The notes under the pieces are model-generated. The model saw only the letters and a program-made list of their open reading frames with translations, ran no database searches and was not told the origin of the DNA. A stretch of DNA of 52,896 nt, taken from positions 1,660,304-1,713,199 of the forward strand of contig NMRA01000025.1 of the NCBI GenBank assembly GCA_002633005.1. The letters are read 5' to 3'. A program made the position numbers and the translations under genes. Below are positions 39,601-52,896 of the stretch, one piece after another. Position 1 is the first letter of the stretch. Each line of letters begins with the position of its first letter. Source of the stretch: Phoronis australis (Eukaryota; Animalia; Phoronida).

Positions 39601-41393
39601 CGACTCAGGTAATCCTCAGGTATCTACAATATACAAGGGTATTAGTATTAAACCATTTACGTGTAAAAACAAAGTAACAGCAAAACACCCACAATTCAAG
39701 ATCCAAATGCACCGAGAAAGTGTAACAAAACAGCACTCTGATGTCGTACTCTTTGTGCCACATTTGCGTTTACGTCAAAATTGTTGGTGCTACCTCAAAC
39801 TGTTTAACATACAAAAAGGTGGGCAAAATGTTCTTGAACACTACCAAATTCCACAACATTTTCTTTTTGATTAAAATTCATACATATCACATCACATGTC
39901 ATTTGCCATATCGCGCTTCATTGTACTTTATCTCTTTTTTTGTTGAGAAAAGATTTGATTACATACGAAAATTTCAATTGATCCAGTAGTGTTCTTTTTG
40001 TTTTCATAAATCAAACTTCATGGTTTATCAAGGTAACTTAATTAGGTAGGGCAGAAACTCTGGATACCAAAATCAATTTTGCAATTCAGATATCAAACAG
40101 CTACTCTATCAACTTCCAAAAGTTGGGCAAAGATAATTAGAATTACACTTAATGACTAAGTTCGTCTATGCATTCAAAATTTTACTAATGTTTGGTTCAT
40201 TATCTACGAAGTGACTCTGAATTGAAATGGCTGAAAGGGAGACGCTTACGTGAGTGACGTCTGTAGTCACAGTGTGGTTTAGCCTAGCCTTGGCACAAAC
40301 CTGTACTAAATATATAGCTTTGCGCCGACATGCAAAAAACTGATCAGATAAAATCTGACACAAAATTAGTGTCATTTAAAATTGCATTCTTCCTTGAGTA
40401 CACTAAATTATTTAGCGGTGTTGGAAAATTGGTATTCTACAGTTACTCCGCAGCTAAAATTGTGGTGCGATCTTTTGCGTCGGCTTTTAGCGCCATGAAA
40501 TTTTGCATTACTTATTCAGTTTCTTTCTTCGCCGATTCTTCAATCAACTAGCTGTTGTCCTTTCACGAGCTTGCGTACACCTCACAACAAATTATCGGAA
40601 TTGCTTTCACTTCATTATAAGTGTTTCGATTTCTGATACTTGCAAACCGAATTTCAGAACAAATTTTACTGCTGCAAAGGTCATCATCTCCCGAGAAATG
40701 TAGCAAAAACTTAGGAAATGGCACATGTGCGTGTCATGAGCGTACTGTTTTCGAAACAACGACATACTTTTCTTTGTTACAAAAAGGGGAGAATTACACA
40801 AGAAATGACAATTATTAGATTGCTTTTCACTTAAACAGCTGTAACGCCAACGGGCAAGGTGAGTGGCGGCTGTCTTCCTGATTTTGCATGCACCCGCGCC
40901 GGTCTTTGATCTACATGTACAAGTTTCACGGCGAGGTGATGAGCAGAACGACCTGGGCTGTGTGCAATTTCAAGGTCTGTCGGAGCTCAACAGCACACAG
41001 TGGTAGCTAGCTGGCTGGCTATAGTAGCCCCGCGGAGGACAGAATGTCACCTAGCCAACACTCAGCTTTTAAACACAGCTCCCCTAGGGCCCTAAGCTTA
41101 GGGTTGGTTTACCCACAGACGTCCTCAGTTTCTGATCGTCCCCAAAACAATTGGGGACGACTAGAGCTTAGAAGCTGAGGACGCCGCCTACGGACTATCT
41201 ATGTCATTGTCACTCTGCCTAAGACTAAGTCGTGGTGTACTGCTCTGTACTGCTCGTGCTATATCACGATAGAATGAAACTAAAAGTTCTAATGGAAAGT
41301 ACTTACCTGAAAGGCTATCTTAGGACCTGCAGTAGGATGGAATTCACTAAAGACTATTGCTCGTATGTCACCATAAGTTTCGCTGTCTGACAT
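27693..41393 (-). CDS. NPRL2: GATOR1 complex protein NPRL2, 390 aa; 11 exons: 41393-41307, 39623-39529, 38936-38765, 37915-37807, 35952-35816, 34359-34262, 33929-33893, 32956-32863, 31482-31365, 29757-29600, 27760-27693
   Basis: The spliced frame is open over 1173 nt and all introns are GT-AG. Motifs [34 protein letters not shown] (arginine finger, human R78), [34 protein letters not shown], and C-terminal [21 protein letters not shown] (human [22 protein letters not shown]). Confidence 0.96.
28080..29402 (+). mobile_element. tRNA-derived SINE, interrupted by a HINE insertion and flanked by a 15-bp TSD, in NPRL2 intron 10
   Basis: A-box TGGCCTAGTTGA (28092-28103) and B-box GGTTCGAGTCC (28140-28150). 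Direct repeat TTTACTTATGGGTTA at 28065-28079 and 29403-29417. T-rich tail. Confidence 0.75.
28229..29314 (-). mobile_element. DINE-1/HINE-like non-autonomous Helentron
   Basis: On the minus strand: T-run, then subTIR ATGCGCTCACA with a partner inverted copy, a GTCC microsatellite (around 29225-29265), internal GCCACTAG(A/G)GG subrepeats, 3' subTIR TGTGGGCGCAT, hairpin CAACGCTCTGCGTTG and terminal CTCTTGTT. Confidence 0.8.
30361..30470. mobile_element. About 110-bp palindromic MITE; further copies at about 23959-24035, 36901-37019 and 38240-38347
   Basis: Core TTTTGAGAACCAGTT ... AACTGGTTCTCAAAATGTG hairpin in four intronic copies. Confidence 0.75.
32669..32783. repeat. About 37-bp tandem repeat x3
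   Basis: TTCATAAAACAGCCAGCTC(G/C)CGAGTGCCCCTATCATT units. Confidence 0.9.
34690..35760 (-). mobile_element. Degenerate HINE-family copy in NPRL2 intron 5
   Basis: Begins AACAAGAATATCATAAAGCATTGAAATGTGCTCACAG, contains GCCACTAGGGG subrepeats and the end motif ATATAAATATGTGAGCGCATAAAA (around 35522-35545), shared with 28229-29314. Confidence 0.65.
36560..36745. repeat. 16-bp minisatellite, about 11 copies, in NPRL2 intron 4
   Basis: (ACAACACACCATGTTT)n. Confidence 0.95.
38102..38153. repeat. (CAATGA)n hexanucleotide microsatellite, about 8 copies
   Basis: Directly visible. Confidence 0.95.
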
Positions 41394-41639
41394 GTCCAGA
41401 GACCCAAGCACAAATTATGGAAATTACATGACGTTCTTGCTGAGAAGTAGCAATACAATATTAAGAAATATTTATAGTTTTTAAAATATAGAATTAGAAT
41501 AAAAAGATACGTTGACATGTGTTTAATATTTAAATTTACTGAAATACGTTTAATACAGTTATCAACAGCTAACGGTAAAATTTGATGTTAAAAAATGGTA
41601 TGCCGACTATTGTTTTGCACATAGTAAACACGTCTTGTA
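41394..41639. promoter_or_regulatory. Putative bidirectional promoter / 5' UTRs between NPRL2 and CYB561D2
   Basis: Only 246 bp of AT-rich sequence separates the divergent start codons (41393 on -, 41640 on +). The TSSs are not directly visible. Confidence 0.65.
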
Positions 41640-44600
41640 ATGCAATCGGTGCAAACGGACAAGCAAAGCAAACAGCCAATTTGTGTAGTCTCGTCGTCGG
41701 ATGACAAGATTACTTGCACTTTACTTAGGTTGTTCACAATGGTGGCCCATTTTGTTGCAGTTCTGTTCTCAAGTTTTGTCATTTACACTGCGTGGCCAGG
41801 TTCCAGTAAGTCAAATCTGTTACTAACAGTGTTAGCCAGCTGGTTACCCCCGTGAGTGTACTTAACTCTTAAGTTATGATCAAGCAGCACATAGGTATAT
41901 TGTGTTTTGGCTTATTATCATGACGTAACCCTTATCTAAACAGCTGGGTAAGGCAAAACTCTGTAAACCAGTCATACAGAAACCAATGTTTCATTCCAAA
42001 TATAATGACTCATTCATAGCGATCTGGCTAAATTGACAAACAAAAAATCTCTAAGAAAATTACAATTAGTGGTTTTGGACGTGTCCCTCATAATTCATAT
42101 GCACCCTAGCCTAACTAATTGGCCAATATGTGTATTTTATTTTGCAGTAGACCTATAGTGTATTTTACTCTCCTTAATCAATGCCATCTTCAAACTGCAA
42201 ATAACTAAATGTTTATAACCTCTTGTTTTGTTTTTCAGGCTTGTTCAGTTGGCATCCAACGTTAATGACTGTTGCTGTGAGTGAATTAATTTTTGCTAAG
42301 ACAGTTGTGAAGCTCATTCAACATTGTTCAGCGCTTGGAATTTTCGTCTTATTAGAGGATTTTCTATTTTTTGGTTTGGATTTTCTCTTATTTGGTTTCC
42401 AGATTCCTCTTTTTTCATCTATTTATCATATTATTTTGACTTTATTCATGAAAAAAATTCATTTCAGTTAAATTTTACAACACAAGAAATATTTCTGTCA
42501 ACACAACCCTTTTTATTTGTGGAACGATACATCACCTGGAAAATTTTCCTTTAAAGTTTTGTCATTGGTCATTCCGAGCCCTGATTGCCAATTCAAGAAT
42601 TATCCAGTCTTTCAAAATCATTAAAGTCAGTTTGAATAACCCTAAAAGAATTTTGAAACACCATACACATAGTGTACCTAATTATCGGACGGAACCTAAA
42701 TATCGGCATTTCATAGAATCTTACTTGAAGCATAATCTGAGAATTAAATGACACCAATTTTTGTTCCGTTGTAATGCATTCAATGTCCGGCACCGTCTCG
42801 TTTTTTTACAGCGTTGCCTCGTTTTGATTTCACCGAGAGAGGGTGCAATTTAGACCCCCAAGTCGGCCTAAAATGGACGATCGCATAAATCGGTTATAAA
42901 AGTTGAAAATAAAATCTTTTTCCACAATGAAACCATCTCATTGAACTGACAATATGTCACTGTTCCATTTTTCCGTTTGTTTTTAAACTCAAGTCAAACC
43001 CCGACCGCGCACGTGCGGGTGTCATATCAAGAAGCCTAAGTCATACTAAAAACTGCAGTGAGTTTGCACGTGCTTTAGTCGTCTGCACTAATTCATCGAA
43101 ACGACTTGGCGCCGTCATCAGATTTCATTTCATGGATAATTTTGTTGCGAATGGACCTGGGTTCTAGCAGCATATATGTCAAAACACTCGAGCTGAAATT
43201 TGGCGACAAGGTGCCCGCTGCCATTACGTGGTTAGTCAGTTTTCCGCGGTGTGGCGTATGGAGAAACATGGTGTCCGATATTTAGGTTCTCCGAAGGTTT
43301 GGTTGTTGTGTTTTTTGAAGATCAGTCGGAACATAAATGTGGCTTTCAGTGACAAGATATAGTAACAGAACAATTCCGTGAAGGTAAATCTTTATTTCAG
43401 CTAAGAATTTACAACAATCCGTAATATTTTCAATTAAATATAATGCAAAATGTGCCAAAACGTCCGATTATTAGGTCACTTGACTGTAGTTTATAAATTA
43501 TAGTATAGATATATATGATTCTGCAGAAAATTTCAATTTTGACTTTTGTATAAATATATGTTTTTTAAAATGTTTTTTCAGTTCGCTTTCTTCATGATTG
43601 AAGCCATATTGCTGTTTTCACCAGAGAGCTCTCTTTTAAAATATGCCCAACGGAGTTTAAAGGTAATTTATTTTAGAGTTTAATATCTCTGTAATAACTG
43701 TAACTGTTCATCACTTACTCGGGGTACCATATGGAGGTCAATTTTATCTTGTCAAATTTCTCAGCAAAAATAAAGATTAAAGTTGCGTTTTGTCCTGCTT
43801 GGCTGGCTAAAAAATGATCTCATTAAAAGGTAAGTATGGCAAATTTAAAACCAACCATTAGACGTAGCCGCCCTGGTTACTTTGATTTCGTACACATCTC
43901 AAGCTAAGCGCGTTTTTGTTGTGGAGTGGAGACAGCATCATGCTGGGCATGGACCTCCTCTCTGTATTCATTTGGCTCATAGTGCAAATCAAACTTTCCA
44001 CCTTCATTCACTGAAAAATTATTTCTACCCATTTTTTGTGTTTTCTTTGGATGAATTAATCTTTGTTGTAAACAAATATCCACAATTTATTTTTGGAGCA
44101 TCAAAATTCGCATAGAAATTGTAAAGCTAATACTTGTGTTATCTTTACATCTGAGTCCTCCAGCACACTATCCAAAAACACATGGCTCACAAACAATAAA
44201 TGAAAATTCTCTACCAGAGTAAATTAGTATGGCCTACGGTGAATCATTTGAGGATAAACTTACCTAACCCATCTGATGATGACTCATGTTTGGCATTTCA
44301 ATATTTCACTTATTGTAATATTCTTCACCATGATAAAGAGTCAAGGATATCAAAACGATATGCAACTCAAGAAAGCACTTCAGAGTTTATTGGGATTGGT
44401 CAACACTAAAGTTGCAAATTCGAAAATGGTATGTGCAAACATTCCTATTGTCTCGAGTTGGGTTATGGAAATGGTATCCTGTTATGTTAAGGATTATTAT
44501 GAGACTGATTGTATGAGAGCAAGAGGCCTACAGGGTAATTTGATTTTCGTTTCTTAGCCAGCTAAACGGGGCAAAATGCAGCATAAAATTTTAGTTGGCT

Positions 44601-46163
44601 GATGTTAGCTAATAGCTAGGTTTGTTCTGTTGCCATATTCCATTTTGTAAAATTTCCATTATTTACTGTTGAAAAAAATTACAATTTTCACAATTTTTTA
44701 TGTGATAAGTGTCAGAAGAATTACTGCAGTTGCCTGAAAATTTGAGAGGAAAATTATGATTGAAGTGTTAAAAAGAATTCGCCAAGAGTGTCCTACTGTT
44801 AAGGCATGGTAATGGTGCTGGCTCTGACTATAGAATATTAAGGCATGGTAATGGTGCTGGCTCTGACTATAGAATATTAAGGCATGGTAATGGTGCTGGC
44901 TCTGACTATAGAATATTAAGGCATGGTAATGGTGCTGGCTCTGACTATAGACAGAGGTGTGCCTCAAGTGGAGATTTGCAATATCTCTGTAGAGAGTCTC
45001 TGTGACATCTATGGCCACTTGTAAGATAGTTCTAGTTCGTCAGCGAGGCAATATCGACCATGCTGCAAAATGCAATTTACTTTTTATGATAAGGTCAACG
45101 TACAGCAATGTTTGCAAACACGTCCAAAAGTAAACTTTAAATGTTTTGTACATGTAAATTTTTTTTTAATTTTACCTTAATTTTCTAAATCCCGTTAAGA
45201 GTAGATGTTTACCGATGACTGAATACACAAAAATTCAATGTTATATGTAATCATAACCTTGGCTCAACATCCAATAGTAATCATAACCTTGGCTCAACAT
45301 CCAATAGTAATCATAACCTTGGCTCAACATCCAATAGTAATCATAACCTTGGCTCAGCATCCAATAGTAATCATAACCTTGGCTCAACATCCAATAGTAA
45401 TCATAACCTTGGCTCAACATCCAATAGTGATACCAATTCTTCAGCCATGTCTCACATGTTCTCTAATTTGGGTTTATATCTGGATTTAAGATATTATATT
45501 TACCTTCATATTTATCTTGTGCGTCTCTGAGTTCATGGAAATGCAGTGTACATAACTTCATTTGGAATAAATATTACCATGTTCAGTAACCATGACAAAT
45601 AAGAACAGTCCGAAACACACTATTTCTTAGAAATCAAATGGTATGAGAGAAGCCTGAAATGTTATTTTTTAGAACTTGAATGACTCAAGAAAAGTGTGGA
45701 ACGTTTTTATTTATTTTTTTCGAAATAAATCAGTTTGTTGATATTGCAGGTCCGTGTCCACTGGATTCTACAAACCCTAGCAGTTATTTGTGCTGTTGGT
45801 GGCGCTGCTGTCATTTACTACAATAAGGACCTCCATAGCAAGCCTCACTTTACTACATGGCACGGCCTTATAGGACTCATCACCGTCATCTACACAGTCG
45901 CACAGTCTACTGCTGGCATTACACTCCTGTATCCCAACTTTGTGAAATCAATCAAGCTTGCTCATCTCAAGATATATCACGCAACATCAGGACTTGTACT
46001 GTACACTTTTGTGTTTGCCAGTCTTTGGCTGGCAATGTTCTCTAACTGGTTCGTTACAAACGTGACAGGAACGTCGTGGTATGCTTGTTTCTGCTGCCCC
46101 TCAATTCTTGTTCTGGCAGTCATGCAGCAGATCACCACAACTTATTTGCCTAAAACACGGTGA
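41640..46163 (+). CDS. CYB561D2: Transmembrane reductase CYB561D2 (cytochrome b561 family), about 232 aa; exons 41640-41805, 42239-42276, 43582-43662, 45750-46163
   Basis: Motifs PGS|SLFSWHPTLM, EAILLFSPESSLL, HWILQ, TWHGLIG, LKIYHATSGL and VTGTSWY. All four heme-ligand His are present and intron phases are consistent. The exact start ATG is uncertain. Confidence 0.93.
42666..43486. mobile_element. About 820-bp TA-flanked TIR element (Tc1/mariner-like) in CYB561D2 intron 2
   Basis: TA|CACATAGTGTACCTAATTATCGGACG ... CGTCCGATTATTAGGTCACTTGACTG|TA. Confidence 0.7.
44799..44951. repeat. 39-bp tandem repeat, about 4 copies, in CYB561D2 intron 3
   Basis: (TTAAGGCATGGTAATGGTGCTGGCTCTGACTATAGAATA)n. 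Confidence 0.95.
45247..45428. repeat. 30-bp tandem repeat x6 in CYB561D2 intron 3
   Basis: (GTAATCATAACCTTGGCTCAACATCCAATA)x6. Confidence 0.95.
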
Positions 46164-48500
46164 AGATACCCACGGACAAAGAAAAACTGCAATTTGTGAT
46201 GGAGGCAGCCTTGAGGACCAAGGATCACTGTACCATACTGCAATTTGACATGGAGTCAGCCTTCAGGACTAAGTATCACTGTACCATACCTGCCAATGAT
46301 GGGAATCCACAACTGAATTTTTTTGCCATGAAAATTTATTTGGTTTTGGATGTAGTCAGGTAGAGTACACAACCAATTGAAAGCATTGTGTTATTACATG
46401 CAATAAATAACCTCCTTGAAACGGTACCAGAATTTTCTGCACACAAGGCCGGGGCATTTATTTGGAAAAAATCAGCTTATAGACTAAACGTCAAGTTCAA
46501 GTATACACCCAGTGGCGGATCTAGGATATCACAAGGGGGGGCCCAACATTTTGTCTGGCTGTAAGCATTTGTGCAAACGATTGTAGATGCATATAGCACC
46601 GAATGGGGGGAGGTTGGGAGGGGGGTCATAATGAACTGTTGAATGGCAGTGAGCTCCACTATGATCTATCAGTCACCGTGCAATACCTGGTCATTTTGTC
46701 CTTTATACGTGTATTGTACGTATAAGTTGTGTTGACACTTAACATTCAGTTCTGTTAATAACTTTTATTCACCGAGTCATTGATAATTCATGAGTATGAG
46801 AGTACAGATAGCTTGTGTAAAAGTTTTTGATAAAATGAAAATCAGTTTTTTTAAAAAAATTTATTGAAAACACTTGTTTTGCCATAAACATTTAACTATT
46901 ATACGCAACATTGTAGTCGCGTCTTCATAAAGGAGAACATTTTTGTTTTGGAGACAACCAATACGAGGAATACCACAAAATACAATATACAGTCAAGGTA
47001 AACTATATACAATATAGTCAATTTTGATACGAATGTTCAAGATGAAATTTCAAAACTGCTGTTAGTTTCCTAAATTTCGATTTAATTTTTGTTTTTTTCA
47101 ACTTTTTTATTTTTCATAAAATCATACAAATTCTATGTTGAATAGTCCCTCATGCCAAAGTGCACAAACAATTTAAAAATAATTCCTAATTCCTAGTATC
47201 TGAGAGTTTCATTTGAATTCTATCTATCATTTCTTAGATAATGTGATTAAGTCAAATAGAGACATTTTTAGTGTCTTGCATAACCTTAAAACAGTAATTT
47301 GTGAACAATCTGTCTACAAAAGATTTCTTTTAGTACTGAAATTTACACCATCAGGTTACAGAAATGTACACCAATTCATAGTGACACAATCGATGTTCTT
47401 GAAAAAAATCGCACACAAACTTAAAGCAAATTTTGACTTGTAGTTGTAATGTTCCATTTTATTTCTTCAACATCGGATCCACATTGTCACAGATTGCTCT
47501 CATCTTTGGTATTTTAACGTACCAATTGATTAATGCACATGGCTTCAACTGGGAAATGCACAATGAAAAGCTAAATTATGACTAAGATCCCATTCCTATA
47601 ACAGCACTTAGGCTCAGCGTTACTTAACAAATTTATTAATCGTAATACACGCTACAGATTCATAAAGTTACTTTTTGTGATCACCGACAAATATGAGACT
47701 ACAGCAAAGATTTCCAGGAAAGTTCGACTCCCAATGGTCCTCTGGACACGATGATACCAGAACCTCTGTTCTTTCACTCAAATCACACCTCTATTTAACT
47801 GGTGATTCCCCGACACTCAACAACTGGAAGTATCCTAGGTTATAACAGCTACGGAGTTATACACACATACAAACTTAGTCACTCGTAACAGAAACTAACT
47901 GCTCACTGCTCACTGTATCAGAACAGTTACACAGCTCCTAGCACATGTTTCCAAACACAATCTACAAGAATGTCAGCAATCATCCTAGTCATGAACAGTA
48001 TAACTGCCACATTTAGACAAACAGGTATTCAGTGAAAGAGATGCATCACCAACTTTTGATTTCATGAGGATACACGAACAGCAGGATATAAATAAAGGGC
48101 ACATCCAATAAAGGGCACATCCAATAAGGCAAACGTCCCTTAGCGGACAAGTGCAGTCAGAATTCTTATACCATGGAAATAGTAAAAAACTTACCATAAT
48201 TCAACATTCCAGTTTGGCCACCATGTTAAGTGTGGCGGCCATTTTGCTAGTGTGTGCTCATAAGGTCGTGACCTTATTAACAAAACATGTGCGTGATCTA
48301 GGCTAGTTCGTAAGGCACCTGCCTCAGTGAATATGTCCCCACTGTAAACATGTTCCTGCTGTAAACATGCCCCTACTGCAAACATGCCCCTACCGTAAAC
48401 ATGCCCCTGGTGTAAAGATGTCCCTGCTGTGAACGTGCCCCATTTGTGAACACATGTGAGCACAGCTAGGTGACCACCAGTAACGAACCCGTAATGTGCG

Positions 48501-51940
<3,440 letters not shown>

Positions 51941-52673
51941 TTACAAGGCACACAGAATAAAAAAATTAGCCTTTATTTAAAATCTCGTTAATTTGTAGTT
52001 GTGTGACTCTACGAACCTGTCACATGCAAATAAGAAATTAGAAAAGGCTTATTTATTCAGAGAACATTTCATTTTGGTACGCGGAATATACCTTAGCATG
52101 GAGAAACTATATTCAATTGTTCACTAACTATCTTAATTTTTACGAAATGCCATACGTGAACTTGACCTTTGAATTCCAAAACAATGAAAATATCCCAGGT
52201 AGATACAACCGGCCCCAAGTGGTGATCTCAATGTCATCCAGATTTTAAGGCAAAAAAGACAGTGACATCACGGAGAACTGACAGAGACAAAGCTTAATCA
52301 AGAACCCAGAAACACTAGTCATGATCACACATTTGAGTATCTAGTGCTATAGCAACTAATCTGCTGTTCCCCCAAGTTAATACACTTGTAGATTTAAAAG
52401 ACGATTTTTGGAATGTCTCTGGATATACATGAGCTCTCGCTATTTACGGCTGAGCACAATGGCTTGCTTAATTGGGCTGACACTACATAATTCTCAGATC
52501 TACACAAAATTTCACACAAACAATCAAAATGACAACAAAACAAACACATCTGAAGGATTACTTAATATGAGGTCCTTAAATTTTGCCACCACTGTCACGT
52601 TAAAACAACCCAAAACCGACCCGCGTGTTTCAAGTTCTACAATCACACCAGACCCACAGTAACTTTAATTTGT

Positions 52674-52896
52674 ACAAGAGCAACGCGGAGCGTTGAAATG
52701 CGCCCACAATTGCACCGCATACGGTATCCTTCTAGGGTTGTTTATTGGTACCATAAAGTGGCCAGTAGAGGGCATACTTTGCAAAATGGAAAGGCATGGT
52801 CATTGTCTCCTCAATAGGCTAGGGGCAAAATGTGAGTAATCTTCATAATACAAGCACATCCTATACACCAGTTGCTTAAAGCACCACAGAAACATA
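52674..52896 (-). mobile_element. HINE-family copy, truncated by the window end, in a METAP2 intron
   Basis: Nearly identical to 28230-28467 apart from one internal indel and a few substitutions. Confidence 0.85.

Noticed and set aside
44698-45489. Repetitive ORFs (SQSQHHYHALIFY)n and (VIITLAQHPI)n; CRISPR-like appearance
   Set aside because: Head-to-tail 39-bp and 30-bp tandem repeats without unique spacers, in a eukaryotic intron with no cas genes.
46187-46290. Diverged 51-bp duplication after the CYB561D2 stop, within a 67-aa ORF overlapping the stop
   Set aside because: The ORF starts at a non-ATG codon and has no recognisable homology; most likely an ordinary 3' UTR duplication.

Overview
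AT-rich, intron-containing eukaryotic DNA, most likely from an invertebrate metazoan (inferred from gene content, intron positions and repeat types), with four single-N scaffold joins at 8440, 10671, 14806 and 18235. Manual splicing gives seven protein-coding genes. In order: SHPK (5' exon only, - strand), a 3-exon globin absent from the ORF track (+), EEF1AKMT1/N6AMT2 (4 coding exons, +), an intronless SRRD/SRR1-like ORF (-), NPRL2 (11 exons, 390 aa, -), CYB561D2 (4 exons, +, head-to-head with NPRL2 as in human 3p21.3), and the last six exons of METAP2 (-). The most striking feature is that the NPRL2 stop codon lies only 8 nt upstream of the SRRD start codon, on the same strand and in the same terminal exon. 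This points to a bicistronic NPRL2-SRRD transcript or an unusual shared-exon arrangement. Non-coding DNA is dense with MITEs, DINE-1/HINE-like Helentron derivatives (one nested in a tRNA-SINE with a 15-bp TSD), foldback elements and minisatellites. Two tandem duplications copy splice sites. All identifications rest on recalled family motifs; no searches were run.
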